Shown one piece after another: positions 9,382-19,204 of a DNA stretch of 64,000 nt. Source of the stretch: an uncultured Erysipelotrichaceae bacterium (GTDB lineage: Bacteria; Bacillota_I; Bacilli_A; RF39; UBA660). A model generated the notes under the pieces. The model made no database searches. It worked only from the letters and a program-made list of their open reading frames with translations, and was not told the DNA's origin. Made by a program: the position numbers and the translations under genes. Within the stretch, counting starts at the first letter, position 1. Each line of letters begins with the position of its first letter. The stretch covers positions 12,452-76,451 of the forward strand of contig CACZAH010000004.1 in the NCBI GenBank assembly GCA_902779035.1, given 5' to 3'.

Positions 9382-11467
9382 CATAGTTAGTATTTTAAAA
9401 AAAGAGAATAGGGCACTTAGTGTATACGAGATAAATGATTTATTAGAACTTAATAGTAGTGAAGATTTACAAAATTTACTTAAAGAGTTAGATGAATTAG
9501 AAAAAGAATTGATTGTATATCATACTAATAAAGATAAATATATGTTGTTTGATAATAGTCATTTAAAAACTGGAAGACTTATTGTAAATAAAAAAGGTTT
9601 TGGTTTTGTTGATATTGAAGGTAGTGATGATATATATGTAGCATCTAATAATATGAATGGTGCGATTCATGGCGATATAGTTATAGCAGAAATTACTTCT
9701 AAGAAGGGTTTTGATTTAGAAGGTAGAATACTTAAAATAGTTAAAAGAGATTTAAAAAATGTTGTAGGTACTATTATTAAAGATAATAATAAGTTAGCGC
9801 TAAAACTTGACGATGATAAGTTAAATATTAATATTATACTTGATAGTAATAGTATGAAAAACGTTGTAGAAGGACATAAAGTATTAGTTAGATTACTAGA
9901 TAGAACTGATAATCATAATTTTAAAGGTGAAGTAATAAAAGTTATAGGGCATATTAATGATCCAGGTGTTGATATTTTATCAATTGCTGCTAAACATGAT
10001 ATTAATGATGAATTTTCTATAGAGGTAATGGAAGAAGTTGATAAATTACCAAGTGAAGTATTAGAGAATGAATATGAAGGCAGAACTGATTTAAGGGATA
10101 AGATGATATTTACTATAGATGGTGATGATACTAAAGATATAGATGATGCAATATCTCTAGATATTTTAGATAATGGTAATTATAGATTAGGTGTTCATAT
10201 AGCTGATGTATCTTATTATGTTAAAGAAGATACAGAATTAGATAAGGAAGCATATGAACGTGGTACTAGTGTGTATTTAGCAGATAGAGTAATACCAATG
10301 TTACCTCATAAGTTATCTAATGGTATATGTTCTTTAAATCCTAATGTAGATAGACTTGCTCTTTCTTGCGTCATGGATATTGATTCAACTGGTGAAGTAG
10401 TATCATATGATATATTTGAAAGTGTTATTAAATCCAATATTCAAATGACTTATAAGAAAGTTAATAAGATTTTTGAAGAAAACATAGTACCAGATGGTTA
10501 TGAGAGATATAAAGATACGTTGCTAAAAATGAAAGATTTAGCTGATATATTAAGAAAGAATAAAGTAGAAAAAGGTTATATTGATTTTGATTTAGATGAA
10601 TCTAAAATTATTGTAAATGAGACTGGTGAGGCAATAGATATTACATTAAGAGAGCGTGGTACAGGAGAAAAACTTATAGAAGACTTTATGATTGCTGCTA
10701 ATGAGACAGTTGCTAGACATATCTTTTACATGGATTATCCATTTATATATCGTGTGCATGGTGAACCTAATGAAGAGAAAATTACTAAATTTATGCATTA
10801 TATAAGTGTATTAGGTTATACAATTACTGGTAAAATAAATAAGATTACTCCTAAGGCTATGCAAGGAATATTAGAACAGTTGAAGGATGCAAAAGAGTAT
10901 TCAATGATGTCTAAGGAACTCTTAAGAAGTATGCAGAAGGCAATATATGATACTAAGAATATAGGACACTTTGGTCTTGCTAGTAACTGTTATACACATT
11001 TTACATCACCAATTAGAAGATATCCTGATACAACAGTGCATAGATTACTTCATACATATTTATTTAATAAGAATTTAAATAAAGAAACTATTAGACATTG
11101 GGAGGCTAAATTACCATTTGTTGCAGAACATTCATCACTTAAAGAAAGAAATAGTATAGAATGCGAACGAGAAGTAGATGATATGAAGAAAGCTGAATAT
11201 ATGGAAAAACATATAGGAGAACACTTTGAAGGTGTAATATCTGGTGTAATGAGCTTTGGCATATTTGTAGAATTACCTAATTTAATAGAAGGATTAGTTA
11301 GAGTAGAAGATATTAAAGGTGATTATTATGAATACAATGAAGATACATTCTCGCTTGTTGGTAAAAGAAACAAAAGGGGATTTAGATTAGGTGATACTAT
11401 TAAAGTAATAGTAAAAGCTGCCTCAAAAGAAAAACATACAATAGATTTTATTATAGATGATAAATAA
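9371..11467 (+). CDS. rnr: Ribonuclease R
   Basis: RNB-domain motifs FTIDGDDTKDIDDAISL, VHIADVSYYV and HFGLASNCYTHFTSPIRRYPD, with a C-terminal S1 domain (FEGVISGVMSFGIFVEL). ATG 9371 with aaggag 7 nt upstream is preferred over the TTG at 9365. Confidence 0.92.
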   Translation: MKDNIVSILKKENRALSVYEINDLLELNSSEDLQNLLKELDELEKELIVYHTNKDKYMLFDNSHLKTGRLIVNKKGFGFVDIEGSDDIYVASNNMNGAIHGDIVIAEITSKKGFDLEGRILKIVKRDLKNVVGTIIKDNNKLALKLDDDKLNINIILDSNSMKNVVEGHKVLVRLLDRTDNHNFKGEVIKVIGHINDPGVDILSIAAKHDINDEFSIEVMEEVDKLPSEVLENEYEGRTDLRDKMIFTIDGDDTKDIDDAISLDILDNGNYRLGVHIADVSYYVKEDTELDKEAYERGTSVYLADRVIPMLPHKLSNGICSLNPNVDRLALSCVMDIDSTGEVVSYDIFESVIKSNIQMTYKKVNKIFEENIVPDGYERYKDTLLKMKDLADILRKNKVEKGYIDFDLDESKIIVNETGEAIDITLRERGTGEKLIEDFMIAANETVARHIFYMDYPFIYRVHGEPNEEKITKFMHYISVLGYTITGKINKITPKAMQGILEQLKDAKEYSMMSKELLRSMQKAIYDTKNIGHFGLASNCYTHFTSPIRRYPDTTVHRLLHTYLFNKNLNKETIRHWEAKLPFVAEHSSLKERNSIECEREVDDMKKAEYMEKHIGEHFEGVISGVMSFGIFVELPNLIEGLVRVEDIKGDYYEYNEDTFSLVGKRNKRGFRLGDTIKVIVKAASKEKHTIDFIIDDK

Positions 11468-11530
11468 AATCTATTGCTTTTTTTCTTGTCTTTTAATATA
11501 ATTATTTTAAGGAAAGAGGTTTGTGAAAGA

Positions 11531-13031
11531 GTGGTTATATGTTTAAAAAAAACTAGAGTAATATATATTGTAATGGTTGCTTTTATTGCAATGTTTATAT
11601 TTGAAGAAAATGTATATGGAACTAAGTGGCAGGATTTAGATTCGCAAAAATCAGAAATAATTCAATATGCTGATACTAAAAATGAGGATGAAATTGTAGA
11701 AGTGTGTAAGTATATTCAAAAAGGTAAGAGAGTGGATTATCCAAGCGATGATATTCAAGAAAGGTACTTATTTATATATACTGATAATACTGCAACTGTA
11801 GGATGGAATGCGAGTGGAACTACAAATACAAACAATGAAAGTACTGGTTATGGAAAAGCAATTGATGGATATAGAGAAACTCCTGATGGAACATTATATA
11901 GAGGTGTTAGAAATTGGAGTGCAAATAAGGGTAAGAATAACGGTAATGATGGAGTAGTTGTTTCTTCTTCTGACATCTCACTTTTTTTGGGTTTCTGTTG
12001 GTAGTAGTGGTAATGATTATGATAATATGATTAAATGGATAAATGATGATAAGAAAGGTTTTGGAACTGACCATAAATATTATTTTAATACACCCATTGT
12101 TTCTTCTGATATTCCCAGTATTAGTGATGGATTAGTTTGTAATTATGTTAAGCAAGGCTCAGATGGAGATGGTTTTACCATAACTTTCAATTCAGTTGGT
12201 CCATCAGATATATCAAATAATCAGTCTGGGATTAGTGATGTTTATTATAATTCAAGTTTGTTTTCAACAGAATATTTAAAAAGGATAGAATCAGGTAAAT
12301 GTCCAAAGGCAATTAACGGATGTTCAAATACAGAAACGGGTAGTGATGGAATTGATTTTAATCAGCTAGAAATAACAGGTGATACATCTAATTCTATAAA
12401 TAAAAATTTTTGTAAAGATGGTCGGTTTAATAATCAAAAAAATGTATATTTTGAATGTACTGGTGATAATTGTTCAGCTAAATCTATATGTAAAGAAACT
12501 GAAGAATTATATGATGGTATGAAAGATAAACTATTGCAATATAATAGTGTGGATAGAAATTCTTCAGAAGCACGGAGTATATTAAATGAATATAATGTTT
12601 TAAAAAGTAATTATAATGCTGTATGCTCTTCTATTTTAAAGGTTCGTGATTATTCAGTTGGAACTTGTTTTGATGATTGTCTTAAACTATCTGAAAAAAT
12701 TGCTGAATTAGAAACTGATAATGGGTTAAGAAGCACATATGGAAATGAAAAATGTAATATAGGTGAACAAGTTGTAGCTATGGTATACAATGTTCTTAAA
12801 TGGGCTAAGTATATTGCTCCCGTACTTGTAATAATTCTTACTATCCTTGATTTCATTAAAGCACTTGCTGCTCAGAGTGATGATGATATGAAAAAAGCTC
12901 AAGGCAAGTTTATTAAAAGATTAATAGTTGCAGCATTATTATTTTTATTGCCTCTAATTATTAATTTCGCACTTAAGACATTTGGATTCTATAGTTCAAG
13001 TTGTGACATTACAACTATTTCAATAGTTTAA
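11531..13031 (+). pseudogene. Frameshifted paralog of 13073..14650 (secreted Cys-rich protein with a C-terminal two-helix membrane hairpin)
   Basis: ORFs 11474..12004 and 11958..13031 together are colinear with the 525-aa protein downstream. The frames switch at the T7 tract 11982-11988, next to a 74-nt deletion relative to the paralog. The likely start is GTG 11531, after ggaaagagg. Confidence 0.75.
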
Positions 13032-13072
13032 AAAAGTTAAAATTCATTATAATAGTATGAGGGGAGTAATTT

Positions 13073-14650
13073 ATGTATTGTATTATAAAAAAGAATATGA
13101 TTTTGTTTATTATGTTTATAAGTTTTTTTTCCTTTAGTGGTATATCATTTGCAATTAAATGGAGTGACTTAGATAGTTCGCAAAAATCAGAAATAATTCA
13201 GTATGCTGATACTCAAAATGAAAATGATATTGTTGAAGTATGCAAGTATATTCAAAAAGGGTTGAGAGTGAATTTTCCACGTGATGATGTCCAAGAAAGA
13301 TACTTTTTTATATATACTGATAATACTGCAACCGTAGGCTGGGATGCGAGTGGAACTGAGAATACAAATAATGAAAGCACTGGTTATGGGAAGGCAATAG
13401 ATGGATATAGAGAAACTCTAGGTGGAACATTATATCGTGGTGTTAGAAATTGGAGTGCAAACAAGGGGAAAAATAACGGTAATGATGGTGTAGTTGTTTC
13501 TTCTTCAGATAGTAAAGATGCTTATTCTACTTATAAGTCTTCCGGTAAGTGCCCTGCATATATCGCCGAAAGAGAAAATGGGTATTCACACTTTTTTTGG
13601 GTTTCTGTTGGTAGTAGTGTGGGCTCTTATGATAATATGATTAAATGGATAAATGATGATAAGAAAGATTTTGGGACTGTTAACAAGTATTATTTTAATG
13701 TTCCACTTTCTGAAAATGATTTAAATTTGTCTTCAAATTTTGAGTGTGTATATGGTGAAGAGGGTTCCGACAAGCCAGCTTTTAGCTTTAGTTTAAATAC
13801 TTTTGAACCTACTGATTTAAATTTAGATAGTGATTATGCTAAATCGAAGGATTACGAAATATCTGGTGTTTATTTTAATTCAAGCATGTTTTCAACCGTT
13901 TTTTTACAGGAACTTGAAAAAGATAAATGTCCTAAAGCAATTACAGGATGTCAAAATTATACTGTTGATACACCTTCGGCAAGTTATGAGTTGGAAATAA
14001 CTGGAGATGTATCTCCGTCTGTAAACGAGAACTTTTGTAAAGATGGTAGATTTCAGCGTCAAAAACAGATAAATTTTACGTGTATGGGTGATGATGAAGT
14101 ATGTTCATCTAAACCTGTTTGTAAAGTTACTTCTGAATTATCTGGTGAAATGCAAGATTTATTAATTAAATATAAGGGCACATCAACAAATTCATCTGAA
14201 GCAAGAGACATATTAAATCAATATAACAGAGTTAAAGATAAGTATAATACAATATGTGCATCTATATTAAAGTATCGTAATTATTCTGTCGGAACTTGCA
14301 TTGATGAGTGTCTAAAATTGCCTGAGATAATTGCTGAATTAGAAACTGATAATGGGTTAAGAAGCACATATGGAAATGAAAAATGCAATATAGGCGAACA
14401 AGTTGTTGCAATGGTATACAATGTTCTTAAATGGGCTAAGTATATTGCACCGATACTTGTAATAATTCTTACTATTCTTGATTTTATTAAAGCTCTTGCT
14501 GCTCAGAGTGACGATGATATGAAAAAAGCTCAAGGTAAGTTTATAAAAAGATTAATAGTTGCAGCATTATTATTTTTATTGCCTCTAATTATTAATTTCG
14601 CACTTAAGACATTTGGATTCTATAGTTCAAGTTGTGACATTACATTGTGA
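13073..14650 (+). CDS. Secreted Cys-rich protein with a C-terminal VirB2/TrbC/Maff2-like two-TM hairpin (function unknown)
   Basis: RBS gaggggag. Signal-like N-terminus ILFIMFISFFSFSGISFA. About 400 aa of a Cys-containing extracytoplasmic region. The C-terminus VVAMVYNVLKWAKYIAPILVIILTILDFIKALAAQSDDDMKKAQGKFIKRLIVAALLFLLPLIINFAL reads as TM, charged loop, TM. Confidence 0.8.
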   Translation: MYCIIKKNMILFIMFISFFSFSGISFAIKWSDLDSSQKSEIIQYADTQNENDIVEVCKYIQKGLRVNFPRDDVQERYFFIYTDNTATVGWDASGTENTNNESTGYGKAIDGYRETLGGTLYRGVRNWSANKGKNNGNDGVVVSSSDSKDAYSTYKSSGKCPAYIAERENGYSHFFWVSVGSSVGSYDNMIKWINDDKKDFGTVNKYYFNVPLSENDLNLSSNFECVYGEEGSDKPAFSFSLNTFEPTDLNLDSDYAKSKDYEISGVYFNSSMFSTVFLQELEKDKCPKAITGCQNYTVDTPSASYELEITGDVSPSVNENFCKDGRFQRQKQINFTCMGDDEVCSSKPVCKVTSELSGEMQDLLIKYKGTSTNSSEARDILNQYNRVKDKYNTICASILKYRNYSVGTCIDECLKLPEIIAELETDNGLRSTYGNEKCNIGEQVVAMVYNVLKWAKYIAPILVIILTILDFIKALAAQSDDDMKKAQGKFIKRLIVAALLFLLPLIINFALKTFGFYSSSCDITL

Positions 14651-14654
14651 TGAT

Positions 14655-15785
14655 ATGAAAAAGAGAAGATTAAAGAAAACACCAATTGTTATCTTATTAT
14701 GTATTATATTATGTATTTGTTTTGTAGTTGCAAAGACTACTAATAATGGTTCTGCGAATAATAATGCAGGAAATGTAACTGAAAAAAATAGTAGTAAAAG
14801 AGTAAGTGAAAAAGTTAAAAAGAAAACAATGTCATTAGTAATGGTAGGCGATGTTTTAACACATGATTCTGTACTTGCAGATGCTTTAAAAGAAGATGGT
14901 AGTTATGATTTTACACCTATGTTTACGTATATTAAACCATTAATTAAAGATTATGATTTAAAGTATGTAAATCAGGAATCTATTATAGGTGGGCCAAGTT
15001 TTAAATATAGTGGTTATCCTACTTTTAATGCTCCTGATAGTATAGGAGACAGTTTAATTGATACTGGATTTAATGTTGTAGGTCTTGCAAATAATCATGC
15101 TTATGACAAAGGAGAGAATGCAATTTTATATTCTAATAAATATTGGGGTAGTAAAGATGTTATTACTTCTGGTACTTATTCATCGTTTGAAGATAGAGAT
15201 GATATAAAGATACATGAAAAAAATGGTATCAAGTATGCGTTTTTAGCTTATACTACATCACTTAATGGTTATACATTATCTAGTGATAAATCATATTTAG
15301 TTAATGTATATAGTGATTACTTGGTTAAAGATGATATTAATAAAATTAAGGATAATGTAGATGTAGTTATAGTTGCTATGCACTGGGGAGATGAGTATAC
15401 TAATACTCCTACTAATAGTGAGCGTGAAATTGCTTCTTATTTATCTGAACTTGGTGTAGATTTAATTATTGGTACTCATCCACATGTTGTTCAACCAATA
15501 GAGTATGTAGGGGAGACATTAGTTATATATTCATTAGGTAACTTTATCTCTAATCAGTTAGTATTAGGATTAAATCCAGCAATCGGCTTAATGGTTGGTG
15601 TAGATATTAATGTAGATGGTGACGAAACTAAAGTAAGTATTAAAGAAAAAGAATTGTTGTATTCATATTCAGACAATAGTACAAATTTCAAAGTAATTCC
15701 ATTTAGCAAGATGAGCGATGATATACTTGCAGATTATAAGAGTGTAGAAGAAAAATACATGAGTATTGTAGGAGATGTAAATTAG
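14655..15785 (+). CDS. CapA/PGA_cap-family metallophosphoesterase-like protein, membrane anchored (paralog 1)
   Basis: MKKRRLKK plus a TM segment. Motifs VMVGDV, GLANNHAYDKGE, AMHWGDEY and IGTHPHVVQP. ATG 14655 is preferred over the ORF-track start 14613, which overlaps the preceding gene. Confidence 0.8.
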   Translation: MKKRRLKKTPIVILLCIILCICFVVAKTTNNGSANNNAGNVTEKNSSKRVSEKVKKKTMSLVMVGDVLTHDSVLADALKEDGSYDFTPMFTYIKPLIKDYDLKYVNQESIIGGPSFKYSGYPTFNAPDSIGDSLIDTGFNVVGLANNHAYDKGENAILYSNKYWGSKDVITSGTYSSFEDRDDIKIHEKNGIKYAFLAYTTSLNGYTLSSDKSYLVNVYSDYLVKDDINKIKDNVDVVIVAMHWGDEYTNTPTNSEREIASYLSELGVDLIIGTHPHVVQPIEYVGETLVIYSLGNFISNQLVLGLNPAIGLMVGVDINVDGDETKVSIKEKELLYSYSDNSTNFKVIPFSKMSDDILADYKSVEEKYMSIVGDVN

Positions 15786-16931
15786 ATGAAAAAAAGAAGA
15801 ATTAAAAAGATGCCAATAGTTATACTGTTATTAATTGTAATTGGCGGGATAGTTGGAGCTATGTATTTAATGAATAATGGTAGTATTAATACTAAAGGTA
15901 GTAGTAAAAAGAGTAGTAAAAGTAAGACTGAAACTACTAAAAAGGTAGATACAACTAAAAAAATGAGTTTAGTTGCAGTAGGTGATTGTTTAATACATGG
16001 AGCAGTTTATATGGATGCTAGAACTGGGGCTGATTCGTATGATTTTAGTGGTATGATTGAATTAGTGGGACCTGAGATTAGTAAATATGATTTAAGATAT
16101 TATAATCAAGAAACTATTATAGGTGGTAAAAAGCTAGGTTTATCTCATTATCCTCAGTTTAATTCTCCAGAAGAAATTGGAGATAATATGGTTGATTTAG
16201 GGTTTAACTTAATTAGTCTTGTAAATAATCATACTCTTGATAAAGGAGAGGTAGGTATACTTAATTCTAATGAATTTTGGAAGACTAAGAATGTAATAAC
16301 AGCTGGTACTTATTCATCTTTAGAAGAACGTAATGATATTAAAGTATATGAAAAAAATGGTATTAAGTATGCATTTTTAGCTTATACGACAACTACCAAT
16401 GGTATTAGTGTTCCTAAAGGAAAAGAATATTTAGTAAATGTGTATAGTGACGAAAAAGCAAAGGAAGATATTGATAAAATAAAAGATAAAGTCGATGTTA
16501 TTATTGTATCTATGCACTGGGGAGAAGAATATGTATTTGAACCAACTGTTAGTCAAAAAGAGATTGCGCAGTATCTATCTAGCTTAGGTGTAAATTTAAT
16601 TATCGGGTCTCATCCACACGTAGTTGAGCCTGTTGGATATGTCGGAGATACATTGGTAATATATTCATTAGGCAATTTCTTATCTGGGCAAAGGCCTATG
16701 GGAATAGATAAAACTATTGGTCTTATGGTAGGTATGGATATTGTAGTTAAAGATAAGAAGGTAACTTTTGAAAACATTGATAAGAGTTTACTTTATACAT
16801 ACTCTACTACCAGTGATACTAAATATAAAGTATATCCATTTAAAGATTTAGATGATTCTATATTAAGTGGATATAAAGATTTAGAAGAAAAATACATGTC
16901 TATTGTTAATAGCGAGGTTAAATATGATTGA
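15786..16931 (+). CDS. CapA/PGA_cap-family metallophosphoesterase-like protein, membrane anchored (paralog 2)
   Basis: Same architecture and motifs as paralog 1 ([35 protein letters not shown]). It starts immediately after the TAG stop of paralog 1. Confidence 0.8.
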   Translation: MKKRRIKKMPIVILLLIVIGGIVGAMYLMNNGSINTKGSSKKSSKSKTETTKKVDTTKKMSLVAVGDCLIHGAVYMDARTGADSYDFSGMIELVGPEISKYDLRYYNQETIIGGKKLGLSHYPQFNSPEEIGDNMVDLGFNLISLVNNHTLDKGEVGILNSNEFWKTKNVITAGTYSSLEERNDIKVYEKNGIKYAFLAYTTTTNGISVPKGKEYLVNVYSDEKAKEDIDKIKDKVDVIIVSMHWGEEYVFEPTVSQKEIAQYLSSLGVNLIIGSHPHVVEPVGYVGDTLVIYSLGNFLSGQRPMGIDKTIGLMVGMDIVVKDKKVTFENIDKSLLYTYSTTSDTKYKVYPFKDLDDSILSGYKDLEEKYMSIVNSEVKYD

Positions 16932-17355
16932 GATTAAAAATAGAAAAGCATTATATGATTATGCTATATCTGATACTTATGAAGCTGGGATAGTACTTAC
17001 TGGTACAGAGATTAAGTCAATCAGAGAAGGTAAGGCAAACTTAAAAGATTCCTATGCAATTATAAAAAATGGAGAGTGTTTTATACTTGGAATGCATATT
17101 AGTCCTTATGATAAAGGTAATAGATTTAATCATGATGAAACTCGTACTAGGAAGTTATTGCTTCATAAAGGAGAAATATTAAAAATAAGAGATAAAATAG
17201 AGATTAAAGGATATACATTAGTACCTATTAAATTATACTTTAGTAAGAATAAAGCAAAGATATTACTTGGTATAGGTAAAGGTAAGAAGGTATATGATAA
17301 AAGAGAATCTTTAAAAGCAAAGGATATTAATAGAGAGATTAAAAAGAATTTATAA
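16924..17355 (+). CDS. smpB: SsrA-binding protein SmpB
   Basis: NRKALYDY...[13 protein letters not shown]...[12 protein letters not shown] is typical SmpB. ATG 16924 follows gagg. Confidence 0.92.
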   Translation: MIEIKNRKALYDYAISDTYEAGIVLTGTEIKSIREGKANLKDSYAIIKNGECFILGMHISPYDKGNRFNHDETRTRKLLLHKGEILKIRDKIEIKGYTLVPIKLYFSKNKAKILLGIGKGKKVYDKRESLKAKDINREIKKNL

Positions 17356-17383
17356 AAACATATTTAAAAAGATATGTTTTTTT
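17354..17383 (+). terminator. Rho-independent terminator after smpB
   Basis: aaaaacatat-ttaaaaag-atatgttttttt. Confidence 0.7.
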
Positions 17384-17415
17384 GATATAATTAACTAAGT
17401 TGGAACGGAGGATTT

Positions 17416-18306
17416 ATGGAACTAATAATAGGTAGTCATGTATCTTTTAATAAAGATAAGCAAATGTTACTAAGTGTGACTGAGGCGTTAGGGTATAAAG
17501 CTAATACTTTTATGTTTTATACAGGGGCGCCACAGAATACTAAAAGAGTAGAATTAGATGATAATTTAACTAAAGAGGCAATTAAATTAATGAGTGATAA
17601 TAATATAGATATTAATAATGTAGTTGTACATGCTCCTTATATTATTAATCCAGCAAATAGTAAAAATAGAGATTTTAATATTAGCTTTCTGCGTCAAGAG
17701 ATATCTAGAGTAGAAAAACTTGGTATTACTAAACTAGTTCTTCATCCAGGAAGTCATGTTGGACTTGGAATTAATGTTGGTATTGATAATATTGTAGATG
17801 TACTTAAAAACTCTATTGATGATAGTACAAGTGTAGATATATGCTTAGAGACTATGGCTGGTAAGGGTAGTGAGATAGGTTGTACTTTTGAAGAGATTAA
17901 AAGTATAATTGATAAAGTAGGAAGTAGTCATATTAAGGTATGCTTAGATACGTGTCACATTAATGATGCTGGATATGATCTTAGTGATTTCGACAAAGTA
18001 TTAGATAATTTTGATAGTATAATAGGATTAGATAAGCTAGCTGTAGTTCATATAAATGATTCTAAGAATACTTTAGGAGCTCACAAAGATAGACATGAAA
18101 ATATTGGTTTAGGTTATATTGGTTTTGATAACTTAATGAATGTAATATATCATGAAAAGTTAAAAAATGTTCCTAAAATATTAGAAACACCTTATGTAGG
18201 AGATGATACTAAGTATCCTCCATACTTATTTGAAATAGAAATGATTAGAAATAAAAAGTTTAATGATAATTTAGTTACTGATATAATTAATTACTATAAG
18301 AATTGA
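17416..18306 (+). CDS. nfo: Endonuclease IV (deoxyribonuclease IV)
   Basis: IGSHVS...VVHAPYIINPA...LHPGSH...CLETMAGKGSE...CLDTCHINDAGY...VHINDSKN; the full Nfo metal-ligand pattern is present. Confidence 0.92.
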   Translation: MELIIGSHVSFNKDKQMLLSVTEALGYKANTFMFYTGAPQNTKRVELDDNLTKEAIKLMSDNNIDINNVVVHAPYIINPANSKNRDFNISFLRQEISRVEKLGITKLVLHPGSHVGLGINVGIDNIVDVLKNSIDDSTSVDICLETMAGKGSEIGCTFEEIKSIIDKVGSSHIKVCLDTCHINDAGYDLSDFDKVLDNFDSIIGLDKLAVVHINDSKNTLGAHKDRHENIGLGYIGFDNLMNVIYHEKLKNVPKILETPYVGDDTKYPPYLFEIEMIRNKKFNDNLVTDIINYYKN

Positions 18307-18557
18307 GTATATTTCTTTTTATATTCAAAAAATAGATTAATAATTTTATCATAGTTATCAGATGATACTTTACCTTTTAATTCATTAAATACTTTATCAT
18401 GATTACCGTATAAAATAGATTCATAATCGGTTTTTATGGTATTGTAGATAGTATTTAGTTCGGTATCATTTAAATTTATACTATTATTAGTTGCGAACAC
18501 ACTAATATCTTCCTTTTTTAAGTTGTTTATATAATTTTTAATTAATTTATCTTTCAT
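18294..18557 (-). CDS. Small hypothetical protein (87 aa)
   Basis: It converges on the nfo 3' end with a 13-nt overlap. RBS-like ggtgaat lies upstream on the - strand. No family confidently recognised. Confidence 0.45.
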   Translation of the reverse strand: MKDKLIKNYINNLKKEDISVFATNNSINLNDTELNTIYNTIKTDYESILYGNHDKVFNELKGKVSSDNYDKIINLFFEYKKKYTQFL

Positions 18558-18622
18558 ATATTCACCAATATATTATATGACTAAAAAGATAATTTATGAA
18601 TACATTAATAGTAGGTGAGAAA

Positions 18623-19204
18623 ATGTTTAAAAAAATGAAATTAAATTATAGTAGTTTAGAACCCGTAATAAGTGATCTAAATTTAGACCTCCATTATAAT
18701 AAGCATTATGGTAAGTATGTTGATAATCTAAACAAGTTACTTCCTAATTATAGTGGTAGTGTAGAAAGTATACTTATGAGTATTGATTCTTTTAATAAAA
18801 AAGATAGAGGTAGTATTCTTACTAATGTGGGTGGTGTATTAAACCATGAATTATACTTTAGAAGTATGTCTAGTGAGCCCTATACTAATAATAGATTAGT
18901 AAGTGATTTATTTAAACAGTATGGTTCATTTGATATTTTTAAGTCTGAGTTTATTAATAGTGCGAACAAACTAGTTGGTTCTGGTTATACTTTCTTAGTA
19001 TATAAAGATGGTTCATTTGATATTATTAACTTACCTAATCAAGAGAATCCATATACTTATAATTATACACCATTAATAGCCTTAGATCTTTGGGAGCATG
19101 CTTACTACTTAACATATTATAATGATAGAGCTTTATACATTAATAATTTCTTTAGAATTATAAACTTTGATTATGCCAATACTTTATATGAAAAAATTAA
19201 GTAA
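18623..19204 (+). CDS. sodA: Fe/Mn superoxide dismutase
   Basis: LDLHYNKHYGKYV (ligand His and gateway His/Tyr retained), GGVLNHELYF and DLWEHAYYL. ATG 18623 after aggtgag is preferred over 18596. Confidence 0.88.
   Translation: MFKKMKLNYSSLEPVISDLNLDLHYNKHYGKYVDNLNKLLPNYSGSVESILMSIDSFNKKDRGSILTNVGGVLNHELYFRSMSSEPYTNNRLVSDLFKQYGSFDIFKSEFINSANKLVGSGYTFLVYKDGSFDIINLPNQENPYTYNYTPLIALDLWEHAYYLTYYNDRALYINNFFRIINFDYANTLYEKIK

Noticed and set aside
11468-14650. A conjugative element or T4SS locus, suggested by the VirB2/Maff2-like C-termini
   Set aside because: No VirB4/VirD4-type ATPases, relaxase, integrase or flanking repeats occur in or near the block. Only the pilin-like hairpin resemblance remains, so it is reported as a hypothesis rather than as a mobile element.
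17356-17415. tmRNA (ssrA) expected next to smpB
   Set aside because: The gap to nfo is only 60 nt and is occupied by a terminator hairpin. No tRNA-like acceptor or T-arm sequence is visible, so ssrA must lie elsewhere.
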